Source: Thelocarpon superellum
Taxonomy: Eukaryota
Length of the DNA stretch: 32,285 nt
Direction of reading: 5' to 3'
Assembly (NCBI GenBank): GCA_026025795.1
Contig: JAPEUG010000017.1
Location: forward strand, 62,001 to 94,285
Under the pieces are notes generated by a model. It made no database searches. It was not told the DNA's origin and saw only the letters and a program-made list of their open reading frames with translations. Each line of letters starts with the position of its first letter. Position 1 is the stretch's first letter. A program made the translations under genes and the position numbers. This document shows positions 31,419-32,285 of the stretch, in pieces.

Positions 31419-31448
<30 letters not shown>
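31419..31448. repeat. (GA)15 microsatellite
   Basis: Direct reading of the sequence. Confidence 0.95.
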
Positions 31449-31457
<9 letters not shown>

Positions 31458-32285
31458 GGAGGAAAGCAAAGAAGAATAGGTGGTGGACGCCTCGTCTATT
31501 CCTCGTCGCTGTATTACCAATCGTGAGGGTGAAGACGAAGAGAATCGAGGACGATGGATGGACAGGGAGCGAGTAGCGCGGCAGGACGGAAAGAGGACGA
31601 GGGGCAGAGGAAGACAAAGGAAGGACGCTGTACTTTCTATTACATACCCCACGTATCCCACACATGCCGCCGCCCGTGTCCTCTTGGTGCCGACAAGATC
31701 GGACTGCACCACATCTATCTCATCCACATGAGCGGGGGAATCTCCCCAGCAGTCCTCAGCAGTGTTTACCTTCTCCTTTGCAAACTCCGTTCATCCCCTC
31801 TTGATTCCATTCTATCTACCGCGCTTTTCTTCAGGATAGAGACAATTGACTACTCTTTATGTGGTGGGGGATTGATGCAGCGCTGGTGGAACCTCGTCTT
31901 GCGATCCCCGGCTTCCGCTCATGCATGCATGCATCCATCCATCACATGTCCATATTTTGAAGATCCCAATCAAACCGGGTCATGTGCATTCCATGCATGA
32001 GACTGCAAGTCCGCCTGACGCTTCCCCTGTACCTACCCTAGTGCCATACCCCGCTCTGGCGCATAGATACCCAGGTGGGATGGAGGAGAGGGAAACGAGA
32101 CGCGACCGGGGTAATTAGAGGCCGAGAAAAGAGAAGCCTCCCGTCCCCGCTTTGCTCCATGATGAGCGGCTTCGACGAGAGGAAGAAAAATGTACAGGCC
32201 AGATGTAAGGAGTAAAAGAGAGGACGATGACTGGTCCTTGACGGCATCCCTTCTGCTCATTCGTCCCATCAAAGGCGGACGTCGA

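Overview
Eukaryotic, GC-rich genomic DNA from a filamentous ascomycete, judged from short GT-AG introns with CTRAY branch sites and recognisable AIM11, SED5 and ABC1-kinase genes. Left to right: (1) an apparently intact, chromodomain-less Ty3/gypsy LTR retrotransposon on the minus strand, with a Gag-protease ORF and an RT-RNaseH-integrase ORF joined by a -1 frameshift signal; its 3' end appears to run off the window; (2) two predicted secreted proteins; (3) AIM11; (4) a tRNA-Arg(UCU) gene; (5) an intronless chymotrypsin-fold protein with a His-Asp-Cys triad; (6) an ABC1/UbiB kinase; (7) a ~2,600-aa low-complexity gene; (8) a small secreted protein; (9) SED5. The standout observation is the tRNA-Arg gene at 11876-12051. 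It folds into a complete 72-nt cloverleaf only if a 54-nt spliceosomal-type intron (GTGAGT...CTAAC...TAG) is removed from the D-stem/A-box, in addition to a 50-nt intron at position 37/38. All calls were made by eye; no database searches were run.
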